Virus record (IMG/VR): IMGVR_UViG_3300049459_000229
Span: 1-64,000 of that record
Reading direction: 5' to 3' (one strand)
DNA: 64,000 nucleotides
Source of the DNA: a virus
Below are positions 36,031 through 45,120 of the stretch, piece by piece. The position numbers and the translations under genes were made by a program. The stretch's first letter is position 1. Each line of letters opens with the position of its first letter. The notes beneath the pieces are model-generated. The model was not told the DNA's origin. It worked only from the letters and a program-made list of their open reading frames with translations, and made no database searches.

Positions 36031-36518
36031 GCACCCGTCGACGCAACGCCCCTGACGGCGACTTCGCCTTTTCCCTGCTCGACGAGATCCGCGCCTCGCC
36101 CGAGCATCCGATGCCGGATGGCGAGCGTCAGGTAAACGTGCAGGCCGCGCGCCAACACCTTGGCCAGCTGGCCTATGGCGCCGCGCCGTCGCGCCTGAAC
36201 TGGAAGGTGCTGTCCACGATCGGTAATTTCTTCCAGACCATGCTGACCCTCGGCATGATCCAGGACGAGGACGGCCTGCTGGACCATGCCAAGGCCGTGC
36301 TCTTCACGGCCAGCAAGCACGCTGTCGAACATGGCACCATGCTGCGCCTGGTCGGCGCCGAGGTGGCCATCATGGAGAACATGCTGGAAGCCTACGACGA
36401 AGTACTTGCGGCGCTGCCGCACCGCGACGCTATTCGAGTGTTTCGTGAGACTGACAAGCGGATGCGTGTGCGACGTCCGGGCGACTACGACGCCAATCCT
36501 GAGAAAGGAAAATCATGA
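36027..36518 (+). CDS. Hypothetical protein
   Basis: 163 aa, coupled. Confidence 0.75.
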   Translation: MSTRRRNAPDGDFAFSLLDEIRASPEHPMPDGERQVNVQAARQHLGQLAYGAAPSRLNWKVLSTIGNFFQTMLTLGMIQDEDGLLDHAKAVLFTASKHAVEHGTMLRLVGAEVAIMENMLEAYDEVLAALPHRDAIRVFRETDKRMRVRRPGDYDANPEKGKS

Positions 36519-36859
36519 CCACCCTCGACGACAAGGTGAAAGCCAAGGTCGCCTTGGGCGACCTGGTTGAACTGTGCAAAGAGGCGCCAGGGCGCCGCTG
36601 GCGTCAGCCGCTTGAGTTCCTGATGGGCTTCATCAAGGATGTGCCGGTGGCGCCGCCGGCACCGGTCTATACGTGCGAAGGCAGGGGTGGTGAGTACGAG
36701 CTGATTGCCCGTGCATTCAGCGCGGGCGAGTTGAAGCGCGCCATGCAGCGAAGTCCGGACACCGCGGTCGACTTGGTGATCTATCGTGACCTGGCCAGCG
36801 GCACGGTCTATGTGCGCGATCGCACCGACTTCGAAGAACGCATGCGCCGCATCCGATGA
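36515..36859 (+). CDS. DUF1653-like protein
   Basis: GGEYELI..A....LVIYRDLASGTVYVRDRTDFEE. Confidence 0.65.
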   Translation: MTTLDDKVKAKVALGDLVELCKEAPGRRWRQPLEFLMGFIKDVPVAPPAPVYTCEGRGGEYELIARAFSAGELKRAMQRSPDTAVDLVIYRDLASGTVYVRDRTDFEERMRRIR

Positions 36860-37209
36860 AGCCGCCGCTCGAGGTGCCGGTGTTCCTGCAGCAGCCAGCG
36901 CCCGAGCTGGAAAAGCCGGACGAATCGGCGATCCCGGCCGCCATCGTCTCCACTCTGAAGACCGACGAGAGCGTGGCCGCCGAGCTGGCGGTCATCGCCC
37001 AACACCTTGCCCATCAGCGCCGGCTACGCCACACGCTCGAGGTCGAGTCGTTCGAGGAGGAGCTGCGGCACATGAACGCGATGCAGGATCTTGCCGTGCG
37101 CGCCCAGCAGATCGAGGACAACATCGAACGGCTGAAGCACCTGCGCAGCGATCTTCGTAACCACCAGCAGCGCCTCAAGCGCACGCTGGAGAAACTCAAG
37201 GAGAAGTGA
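36856..37209 (+). CDS. Coiled-coil protein
   Basis: Heptad-rich C-terminus. Confidence 0.7.
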   Translation: MKPPLEVPVFLQQPAPELEKPDESAIPAAIVSTLKTDESVAAELAVIAQHLAHQRRLRHTLEVESFEEELRHMNAMQDLAVRAQQIEDNIERLKHLRSDLRNHQQRLKRTLEKLKEK

Positions 37210-37526
37210 TGTTCCATCCCTATACCCTCAAGCTCGACGGTGGCAAGTACACCGTCATCAACGACAACGGCCAGATGACCTTCTTGCGCCATGGCGAGCC
37301 GTGGCCGGCGGCCGACGACCTGAAGCATGCCGGTGTGGTGCTGGCCATGGCCCAGCGCATCGAGGAGCTGGAGGTCGCGATCGGTGAGGTGCTGAATGGC
37401 TCATTAGACGAGCAGGGCACGCGTGCTGCCGATGGGATCACTTCGATCCTGAGCGGCGTGATTGCTGTGCGCGGTACTTTCTGCAACTGGGAAGACACCC
37501 TGCGCCGCGCGCTGGAGCAGAAATAA
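37206..37526 (+). CDS. Hypothetical protein
   Basis: GGKYTVI...FLRHGEPW motif. Confidence 0.75.
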   Translation: MMFHPYTLKLDGGKYTVINDNGQMTFLRHGEPWPAADDLKHAGVVLAMAQRIEELEVAIGEVLNGSLDEQGTRAADGITSILSGVIAVRGTFCNWEDTLRRALEQK

Positions 37527-38344
37527 TGCCCACACTCACCCTCACCCGACAGCAGTTCGAAGGTGTGCGCGAGAGGGCCTTCAAGGCCTTTCTCGAGGCG
37601 CGCGGCGCCGAGCTGCTCGAACCCACCAACCAGTGGGAGTTGCTGCGCTTTCGTACCGAGGAAGGCACGTCGATCATCTACACCGACAAGCGCGGCAAGC
37701 TGACCTGGACCAACCAGGCAGCCGAGGCCTATCTTGCCTGCATAGGCAACAAGGCCTGGCGCGCGGTGCCGAAGACGCAGCGCCGCAAGAAGTCCAGCGT
37801 CGTCTGCCAGGCGCTGCGCGAGCGTGACGGCCACGCCTGCTTCTTCTGTCACCTCGATGTGCCGGTCGAGGAAGAGTCGGCCGAGCATCTGGTGCCTGTC
37901 ACGGCCGGCGGCCCGGATCATATCGCCAACATGGCGCTGGCGCATCAGCTCTGCAATCAGCAGGCCGGCCACGCGTCGCTGATGGTGAAGATCGCCATCC
38001 GCGAGTCAAACTGGCGACGGCCGCACACGCCCGGCACGCTGCCACATCTGCTGTTGCCGCCTGACGCGGCTGAAGCTGTCAAGGCGATTGCCGTAGCTGC
38101 GGCCGAGGACGAGGCGATCGATGATCTGTTTGACCGCGGCGAATGGCCGGCGGTGATCATCTCCACGCCAACCATCACTGGCGTTGTGCAGCTGGACCGA
38201 CTTGAGATGCTTGACGCCAAGCTGGGGGACTATGTCTGGCTTGAAGGCCGGTACGGCGATCTGGAAATTCCGAAAACCCGAGGCCAAGTCATCGCAGCGG
38301 ACGAGCAGTCTGTGACAGTGAGCCTCCCACCCTGGAGCGAATAA
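37526..38344 (+). CDS. HNH endonuclease
   Basis: RDGHACFFC...EHLVPVTAGGPDHIANMALAHQLCN. Confidence 0.85.
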   Translation: MPTLTLTRQQFEGVRERAFKAFLEARGAELLEPTNQWELLRFRTEEGTSIIYTDKRGKLTWTNQAAEAYLACIGNKAWRAVPKTQRRKKSSVVCQALRERDGHACFFCHLDVPVEEESAEHLVPVTAGGPDHIANMALAHQLCNQQAGHASLMVKIAIRESNWRRPHTPGTLPHLLLPPDAAEAVKAIAVAAAEDEAIDDLFDRGEWPAVIISTPTITGVVQLDRLEMLDAKLGDYVWLEGRYGDLEIPKTRGQVIAADEQSVTVSLPPWSE

Positions 38345-38604
38345 TGCCCAAACCTACAACCCACGAAGCTCTCGGCCTGATCCGAGAGCACTACGGCCTG
38401 ACGATGGCCGAGGCCCAGAACCTGATGAAAGCGCCGCTGCACCCGCGCACCGTGCGCGACGAGTTTGCTGGCCAGGCTCTGACGGCGGCGCTCATGAATC
38501 GGCAGCTTGCCGAGTTATCTTACGGCGAGCGCGCGGAATTCTGCTACAGGCAGGCCGACGCCATGCTTGGTGCCCGCATACCCAAGGAGCCTGACGATGC
38601 CTGA
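38344..38604 (+). CDS. Hypothetical phage protein
   Basis: TVRDEFAGQAL...YRQADAMLGAR, common phage family. Confidence 0.8.
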   Translation: MPKPTTHEALGLIREHYGLTMAEAQNLMKAPLHPRTVRDEFAGQALTAALMNRQLAELSYGERAEFCYRQADAMLGARIPKEPDDA

Positions 38605-38791
38605 ACAGATTTCCCTCTGGACTGTCGTGATCGTGTTCACCGATGGTCGCTACCAGTCCGATGTCTGGTCGTTCAGTGCCGGCGGCGCCCTGCAGCTAGG
38701 CCTGACCGATGCGCGTGGCATCGAGACCATGCCGATCTTTTCTGGCGAGGTCCGTGAGGTCGCCATTACCTGGAAGGAGGCTCAAAAGTGA
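38597..38791 (+). CDS. Hypothetical protein
   Basis: SD AAGGAG, MPEQIS. Confidence 0.65.
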   Translation: MPEQISLWTVVIVFTDGRYQSDVWSFSAGGALQLGLTDARGIETMPIFSGEVREVAITWKEAQK

Positions 38792-39057
38792 TGACCCTCT
38801 ACGGTATGCGCATCCACGTGTCACCATTGATTGTCGACCCGCCCAGGTTTGAGCTCAGCCCGCGGCTGCAGGAGATCCTCAACTACGGCGCCACGCCCGG
38901 CTACGTCCAAGGCTTCAACGACTGGTCGCGCAAATTCTTTGGCACCAACTATGAGGTCATCAAGGCTGGCGACGACCTCTTCATGTCCGAGGCCGGCTAC
39001 CACGCGCTGCGCCTCAAACTTGAGAAGGAGGGCAAATGGCTCCCGCCATCCACCTGA
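38788..39057 (+). CDS. Hypothetical protein
   Basis: Coupled array. Confidence 0.7.
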   Translation: MMTLYGMRIHVSPLIVDPPRFELSPRLQEILNYGATPGYVQGFNDWSRKFFGTNYEVIKAGDDLFMSEAGYHALRLKLEKEGKWLPPST

Positions 39058-39719
39058 CCCGCGCATCCGCCAACGCCAAAACCGGCCCCATCCCCGTCTC
39101 CACTTCCTCCCGCGCTACCTGTCCCAGCACCTGCTCCTTCAAGGGCGCCGGCTGCTATGCTGAGAACTTCCCGCTGTCTACCCACTGGAATGCCGTCACG
39201 GCTGGCCGCGGCCTGCCCTGGGCGGACTTCGTCGACGAGATCTCGCGGCTGAAGAAGGGCCAGCTGTGGCGCCACAACCAGGCAGGCGATCTTGCCGGCC
39301 AAGACGACGTCATCGACGTGGCAGCGTTGCGCCAGCTGACGCGTGCGAACCGCGGCAAGAAGGGCTTCACCTACACCCACTACCCGCCGACGCCGGCAAA
39401 CCTGAAGGCGATCCGCGCCGCGGTGAAGGGCGGCTTTGCAGTCAACCTGTCGGCCGATTCGCTGCTTGACGCAGACCGGCTGGCTGTCCACGGCCTGCCG
39501 CTCGTGGTCGTGGTGCCGCCGGGCTGGCGGGAAGGGAAGACGCCGGCCGGTCACAAGGTCACGCTGTGCCCGGCCCAAACGATGGAGTACATGACCTGCG
39601 CGGTCTGCAAGTTGTGTGCAAACACCGAACGCCATGCGATCGTGGCGTTCGAAGCGCACGGCGCGCGCCGGCGCACCGTGATTAAAATTATCGAGGAGAA
39701 GGCTACGGCCGAATCTTGA
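39036..39719 (+). CDS. Gp88/DUF7227-like Cys-rich (radical-SAM-like) protein
   Basis: NAKTGPIP..TCPSTC..GCYA, WRHNQAGD, GFTYTH, VNLSAD, CPAQ..TCAVCKLC. Confidence 0.75.
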   Translation: MAPAIHLTRASANAKTGPIPVSTSSRATCPSTCSFKGAGCYAENFPLSTHWNAVTAGRGLPWADFVDEISRLKKGQLWRHNQAGDLAGQDDVIDVAALRQLTRANRGKKGFTYTHYPPTPANLKAIRAAVKGGFAVNLSADSLLDADRLAVHGLPLVVVVPPGWREGKTPAGHKVTLCPAQTMEYMTCAVCKLCANTERHAIVAFEAHGARRRTVIKIIEEKATAES

Positions 39720-39858
39720 TGAAGGCCTGCGGCGCCGCCGGCGGCTTTGCAGCCTCCAGTCGGGCGGCTTCGGCGGCGGCGACGGCGGCAGCTTCGGCGG
39801 CCGCCGTCTCCTCCAGCTTCTGGTTGGTCGCTTCCGCGAGTTTTTGCGCGTCGATCAT
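39703..39858 (-). CDS. Small Ala-rich protein (51 aa), last gene of inverted island
   Basis: MIDAQKLAEATNQKLEETAAAEAAA...; TGATG overlap with upstream gene. Confidence 0.55.
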   Translation of the reverse strand: MIDAQKLAEATNQKLEETAAAEAAAVAAAEAARLEAAKPPAAPQAFIKIRP

Positions 39859-41096
39859 CAGTTGTCCGTTGCGGTGAAGTAGATGGTCCGGAATACCTGC
39901 TCGCCGGTGGCGAACGTCAGCGGCAGGGTACAGGTGTTCGCGCCGGCGATATCGAGGCTGCCCAGCTTGACGATGCCGCTACCACCTTGCGTGATCGGCG
40001 CGGCCAGCGAGGTGACGCCGACCGGTGTCGGCGCCTGGACGGAAGCCAGCGTCGTGCTGCTGTACTCCAGGTCGCTCGAGACATCGATCGCGTAGAAGCG
40101 CTGATCGTCCGGATCCTTGGCGAAACTCCACGACCTGTCATCGGCCAGCGCGAAGTGAATCGTGCGGTCGATCTGCTCGCCGTTGTTGAGCAGGATGCGC
40201 AGTGTGCAGTAGTTGTCGAAGCCGGTGGTCAGGTTCAGGCCGCCGATCTTTACCACGATCAGACCACCCTGTGGCGACGGGCCTTCCAGCAGCGTCACGC
40301 CGTTGGTCAAGGCGGTCACCGATTTGATCGTGGTGCCGCTGTCGGCAAGGTCGCGGGTCACATCGCCGATGTAGTAGAGCTTGTCGGCCGGGACCTTGTT
40401 GATGGTCCACTTCTTGTTCTTCAGGTAGGGACCATTCGGCAGCAGCTTGGGCGAACTCTCGGTCCCGAACAAGACGACGCGCGAGCCGCCGGCGAAGACC
40501 GCGGTGCGGCTGGCCGGCACGACCACGCTGTTCGGGATCGAGCCGCTGGAGGCGGCGCCCGGCGAGAAGGCGCCTGCGCTGACCAGGGTTGCGCCTGGTG
40601 CGTTTGCGTTGACTGGTGCTGCGCCGCCGGTTGCGCCGCCGGCCGTGAATACCGGGCTGCTGGCCAAGGTCGCGCCTGGCGCGCTGGAGGACGCCGATGC
40701 TGCGCCGCGCGTCAACACCGACACGCTGGTCAGGGTCGCACCCGGCGCGCTGCCGGCGGCTGCACCGACTGTCATCACGATCGGTGCTGGCTCCGACAGG
40801 AACAGACCGGCGGCCGGACTGTACTTCTTGACCTGCATGGTCGCGTTGTAGACACCGTCCGGCGCGCCGACAAAGCTGAGCGAGCCGTCCTCATAAACAG
40901 TCATCGTGCCCTGGCTTGGCCAGGCGGTCATCGTGCCGCAGTAGCGCGTGCCGACCGGGTCGCCGGCCTCGACGTCGTTGTTCAGCGAGCCTGCCAGCGG
41001 GAAGCCTGTCGGCAGCTCCGACGCCAGCATGCCGACGTATGGAATGCCGAGGACGACCTGTCCGCTGGCGGTTTTCTGGTTCAGGTTGCGCAGCAT
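39858..41096 (-). CDS. Virion fibre/adaptor-like protein with two tandem adaptor domains
   Basis: KVPADKLYYIGDVTRDL and KDPDDQRFYAIDVSSDL domains, each ending G-E-Q-x-x-R-T-I; three APGATL repeats. Confidence 0.65.
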   Translation of the reverse strand: MLRNLNQKTASGQVVLGIPYVGMLASELPTGFPLAGSLNNDVEAGDPVGTRYCGTMTAWPSQGTMTVYEDGSLSFVGAPDGVYNATMQVKKYSPAAGLFLSEPAPIVMTVGAAAGSAPGATLTSVSVLTRGAASASSSAPGATLASSPVFTAGGATGGAAPVNANAPGATLVSAGAFSPGAASSGSIPNSVVVPASRTAVFAGGSRVVLFGTESSPKLLPNGPYLKNKKWTINKVPADKLYYIGDVTRDLADSGTTIKSVTALTNGVTLLEGPSPQGGLIVVKIGGLNLTTGFDNYCTLRILLNNGEQIDRTIHFALADDRSWSFAKDPDDQRFYAIDVSSDLEYSSTTLASVQAPTPVGVTSLAAPITQGGSGIVKLGSLDIAGANTCTLPLTFATGEQVFRTIYFTATDN

Positions 41097-43126
41097 TATG
41101 CAGACGTCCCAGGTTGGTAGGCGACGATGTCGGAAGCCCAGTCGGCGCCCAGCACGGCAGCGGTGCCGGCGCCAGCTCCCAGTGGGATGTTCGTCAGGTC
41201 GACGGTGCTGTCAGAATTTGCCAGCGAACTGCCAGGTGTGACAGTACCGACCGTCCCGATTCGGCTCTGGCGCCACTCCCACACGATCGTCGTGCCGGCC
41301 GCGACAAGCTGCCCAGCATTGTTGACCAGCGGCCCCATTTTGAAGCTGCCGGTGGCGGCCGTAATCGTCAGCGTGAACGCGTTCGAGTCGACGGTCTGGC
41401 CGGCGGTGTCGGTGGCGCGCACTTTCAGGCCTGACGTCGTCGCTATCGTCGACACGGTGCCGCTGATGACGCCGGTGCCGCTGTTGACGACAAGGCCACT
41501 CGGCCAGGCGACGCCAAGCGGACTTGCGCTGTAGGTCAGGGTGTCGGTGTCGCTGAACTGGCTGGCCACACTCACCGGTGTCAGGGCGACACCACTCTTG
41601 CCACTGATGTTGGCGATCGCACCCGGGAAGGTCGGCGCGGCGTTGCTTGCCGAGATCGTGATCGAGAAACTGTTCGAGTCCGCGGTGGCGCTGTTGGCAT
41701 CCGTCGCCCGGATCACGATGCCAGTTTTTGTTTCGACCGTGGTCGGCGTGCCGCTGATGGCGCCAGTCGAGGTGTTCAGACTCAAGCCGGCCGGCAGCGT
41801 GCCTGCTTGCAGCGAGTAGGTGAACGGCGTGGCCGATCCGGTAAAGAACGTCGAGTTCGTGAAGCTGGCGGCGCTGCCGACGGCACCGGTGCGGTTCGGG
41901 ATGGTGCCGCTGAAGGCGACAGGCGAGGCTGCGGGTGGCAGATACTCGTAGGGGCCGATATCCCAAGCGGCGCCGGCTGGCCGCGCGCGGCCATACGCGT
42001 CGTTTGCCGTGTAGGTCAGCTCTGCGCCGGTCAGAGTCTGGCCGACATCCTTGAGCGGCGAGGCGGCCGTCAGGCGGAAGTCGTGCGTGCCGTCGGACGC
42101 CACCTTGGCGTACACCGTATTGTCGTAAGCGATCGTGGTCCAGCCCGACTGGACACCGTCGGTGTACCCCTTGACGACGACGTGCGACAGCGCGTCCGTA
42201 CTGACGGCCGAGCAGCCCATGACCGCCACGTTCTTGAAGGTGCTGCCCACGTAGGTGCACTGCAGGCCATTGGCCAGCTTCGTGCCGCCGGTGGCGGCGA
42301 ACGTGGTGTTGTAGACTTTTACGGCGCTGTCGATGCGGGCGATGATCGCAGCCGAGTCGCCCTGGCTTGTGTTTTCGACCAGCGAGTTGGTCAGCGTGCC
42401 GCCTGCCATGTAGAGCACACCGCGCAGGCCCGAGTTGTTGCAGGTGCCTTCGAAGATGGCGCGATCCACCGAGTTGTTGGCCACCGAGCCCACCGCGGAC
42501 TTGAACAGCGCGATGCCTGCTGTCGCGGATCCGGAGTATTTCATCTGGATCTTTGAAAAGCGGAAGTAGTCGACTTGGACGTCGATCCCCAGGGTGGCTC
42601 CGCTGGTGATGTCGATGTACGCGTAGCTCGTGTCGAGACGGAGCGGGGTCGCATCAGGGGTGGTGCTGTCGAAGATGGACGCATTAGGCGCCGTGGTCAG
42701 CTCGTAGTAGCACGTCGCACTGGTGGTCTTGCCGCTGATGGTGTTGGTCGTGCTGCGAGGTACTCGCGTCTTCAGCATTTGACCCTGCCAGATCACTTGG
42801 CCGATGTTGACAGCGGCGCCGGATGCCGGGGCGCTGCTGAATGCCGCCGCGCTGCCATTCAGCGATCCGACAGTTGCCGTCTTGGTGGTGGCGTTGTAGG
42901 CGGTGATCAAGCGGGTCTCGCTCCCGATGGTCATCGTGTTGCCGACATAGGCGCCAGTCGTCGCCGAGGCCGTGCTGTCGAGCGGGATGACCGACGTGGT
43001 AGCGCCCGACAGTGCCGTCAGGTTGAGGTTGACGGTACAGTCCTTCGGGCCGGCCGCCGCCCACGCGATGTCGTCGGTGTAGTCGGCGCTGGTCGGGGCG
43101 ATTGTTTTTACGACGGTCGTAACCAT
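41096..43126 (-). CDS. Virion protein with beta-helix-like region and two putative Ig (He_PIG) domains
   Basis: LPAGLSLNTSTGAISGTPT and WPSGLVVNSGTGVISGT; DFRL...D..G..R...WDIGPYEY choice-of-anchor-like motif. Confidence 0.75.
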   Translation of the reverse strand: MVTTVVKTIAPTSADYTDDIAWAAAGPKDCTVNLNLTALSGATTSVIPLDSTASATTGAYVGNTMTIGSETRLITAYNATTKTATVGSLNGSAAAFSSAPASGAAVNIGQVIWQGQMLKTRVPRSTTNTISGKTTSATCYYELTTAPNASIFDSTTPDATPLRLDTSYAYIDITSGATLGIDVQVDYFRFSKIQMKYSGSATAGIALFKSAVGSVANNSVDRAIFEGTCNNSGLRGVLYMAGGTLTNSLVENTSQGDSAAIIARIDSAVKVYNTTFAATGGTKLANGLQCTYVGSTFKNVAVMGCSAVSTDALSHVVVKGYTDGVQSGWTTIAYDNTVYAKVASDGTHDFRLTAASPLKDVGQTLTGAELTYTANDAYGRARPAGAAWDIGPYEYLPPAASPVAFSGTIPNRTGAVGSAASFTNSTFFTGSATPFTYSLQAGTLPAGLSLNTSTGAISGTPTTVETKTGIVIRATDANSATADSNSFSITISASNAAPTFPGAIANISGKSGVALTPVSVASQFSDTDTLTYSASPLGVAWPSGLVVNSGTGVISGTVSTIATTSGLKVRATDTAGQTVDSNAFTLTITAATGSFKMGPLVNNAGQLVAAGTTIVWEWRQSRIGTVGTVTPGSSLANSDSTVDLTNIPLGAGAGTAAVLGADWASDIVAYQPGTSA

Positions 43127-43135
43127 GTCTGGCCT

Positions 43136-44659
43136 TTATGGGAACTGAACCGGAACCCAGGTGTTCGAGTTCGGGATGGTGATTGTTTTCGGGGTCTTGC
43201 TGCCGGTGTAGATTTCGCTGACCGGTGCGACTGTGACCGTGCACGCGGCATCCTGCGGCCGGCGCGTCAAGGTGTACGCGGTGCCAGGCGCCGGCGCCGT
43301 CGAGAACGGCGCATCAACCGTCACCCGCTTGTACGAGCCTGCTGCTGTAGTGGCGCCTGCAGCGGACATGACCGTCTCCGCATCGTAGGTGGTGATAGTG
43401 CGGGTTTCACCGTTGATCGTGAGCGTGCTGCCGACGTAGATACCGTTGATCTCGCTTTCACCCTCTCCGGCGTTTCCGTAGGGGAAGGCGATGACCGTGG
43501 TGGTCGACAGGCCCGTGTAATTTCCTTGCGCGTCCTTCTTGCTGTTCGTGTACCCGACGTAGGTCCACGGCGTGACGCAGGTGACTTCGCACGACCAGCC
43601 GGTAGGCGTCTCCTGCACGTTGCGGAAGGTCAGGTCGATGTTGATGCCGCCCGCCTTGTGGACAGCCGGATCCTGGTCACGGCTGAAATTGCTGAAGCAC
43701 GGCCAGCCAGTGCCGATCCGGAAGGTGCCGAACGGATAGCCGCGCAGGATTTCGACCAGGCGCGCTTCGCCGTGCTGGCCGTCATTCCAGTAATACGCAA
43801 ATGCGCGCCCCGATTGGCGCAGGGCGGCGATCATGGCGTCGCTCTCTGCCATGGTCGCGAAGTTGTCGTTGCGGCCCAGGCACCAGCCGATCCAACGAAC
43901 CTTGTTGGCCTGGTTGGACACATAGGCAATCGCGTTCAGGTAGTCCCACGACGAGCCACCGCCGTCTTCCGGCGCAAGCTGTGGGGCCGTAGCCTGGGTA
44001 AATGTCTGGTCGGTGCCATTCCACATGGCCAGGCCGATAGTCGACTTGCCGCCATTCCAGCGCGGGCGGTCCGGATACAGCGCGGCGAACAAGTCATAGA
44101 GGCGCAGGCCGAACGAAGCCGTGCCCCAACCACCCATCGAGCCACCAGTCAGGCAGACGCCGAGCTTGTCGGCGATCGGCAGCGTATCGAGCGCGTACTT
44201 GTACATCGCTCTGTACCGCCGCTCCTCGAACAGGTGCAGTTTCCCGTCGGGCATGACGAAGCCCATGTGGAAAGCCTCCTTCTTCGCGCTGGCATCGTTG
44301 TACCACTCATCGTTTGGCCGCAAGTTGATGCGGCTGTGGTCGTATGCGATGCAAGCACTAAAGCCGAAGACCTTGCGGTTGTCGTAGTCCCGGCCGCCGA
44401 AGGTCGGCGAGGTGCCGCCCATGGTCATGAAGCCGTCGACCGGTACGCGGAATTGGCGCCCGGTGGTGTAGTTGGGACCACCGGACCCATGCAACTCGAC
44501 GACGAACGGCTTGGTGTTCCATTCGGTCGTGGTTGGGTAGCCGCCGGTGTCCGAAAACACCGTAACCTTGGTCGGATCGAAATAGATCGACGGGCCGGCG
44601 CGCCCCGCATAAATCGGCTGGCCGCTGGCGACCGTATAGCTGTCAACTGGGCGCGTCAT
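43136..44659 (-). CDS. Alpha/beta-hydrolase (esterase-like) protein
   Basis: LHGSGG oxyanion motif, TGGSMGGWG nucleophile elbow, G-R-N-D and WNDGQH completing a putative Ser-Asp-His triad. Confidence 0.75.
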   Translation of the reverse strand: MTRPVDSYTVASGQPIYAGRAGPSIYFDPTKVTVFSDTGGYPTTTEWNTKPFVVELHGSGGPNYTTGRQFRVPVDGFMTMGGTSPTFGGRDYDNRKVFGFSACIAYDHSRINLRPNDEWYNDASAKKEAFHMGFVMPDGKLHLFEERRYRAMYKYALDTLPIADKLGVCLTGGSMGGWGTASFGLRLYDLFAALYPDRPRWNGGKSTIGLAMWNGTDQTFTQATAPQLAPEDGGGSSWDYLNAIAYVSNQANKVRWIGWCLGRNDNFATMAESDAMIAALRQSGRAFAYYWNDGQHGEARLVEILRGYPFGTFRIGTGWPCFSNFSRDQDPAVHKAGGINIDLTFRNVQETPTGWSCEVTCVTPWTYVGYTNSKKDAQGNYTGLSTTTVIAFPYGNAGEGESEINGIYVGSTLTINGETRTITTYDAETVMSAAGATTAAGSYKRVTVDAPFSTAPAPGTAYTLTRRPQDAACTVTVAPVSEIYTGSKTPKTITIPNSNTWVPVQFP

Positions 44660-44662
44660 GCT

Positions 44663-45085
44663 TTATGCCGGCGTCGGGAACGCGATCGAGCTGGCGGCCA
44701 GCGTGAAGGTGCCGGCGGTCGTGCTCACGTTAGAGCCGAAATCGTCGACGGCGATCAGCTCGTCGGTCGAGGACGCGCCGCCGCGCCGTTTGTAGTAGAC
44801 GGCCTGGCGCGCGGTGATCGTGCTGTTCGGCCAGGTGACGGCGCCGAAGTTGATCGTGTTTTTGTGGTTGGTCGTGTCCTTGGCGAGGGTCACGGCGACC
44901 GGGATGCCGCCTGCGGCGTAACCGGTGCCTGATACTTCGCCGGTCACGCTCGAGCGGAAAGCATGGGTGCCTGCGTTCGGCGTGTAGGTGGCGTCGACCA
45001 GCATCACGTAGAAGGTGTCGGTATCGAGGTCGATGTTGCCGCGAAATACCTGATCGAGAAAGCTGTCGTAACCGGTCGAGGCCAT
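44663..45085 (-). CDS. Small virion fibre-type protein
   Basis: Start MASTGY (45085); IDLDTDTFYVMLV..YTP..EVSGTGYAAGG..VTWPNSTITAR..DFG. Confidence 0.75.
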   Translation of the reverse strand: MASTGYDSFLDQVFRGNIDLDTDTFYVMLVDATYTPNAGTHAFRSSVTGEVSGTGYAAGGIPVAVTLAKDTTNHKNTINFGAVTWPNSTITARQAVYYKRRGGASSTDELIAVDDFGSNVSTTAGTFTLAASSIAFPTPA

Positions 45086-45120
45086 GGTAGGTCCTAAAAA
45101 TGAGATGCCAGAATGCAAGA

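Noticed and set aside
39725-39810. GGCGGC-rich stretch as a non-coding repeat or terminator
   Set aside because: Explained by Ala codons of the small minus-strand ORF 39703..39858.
39703-45085. Invertible segment or diversity-generating retroelement target
   Set aside because: No invertase, flanking inverted repeats, reverse transcriptase or adenine-variable repeat pair seen.
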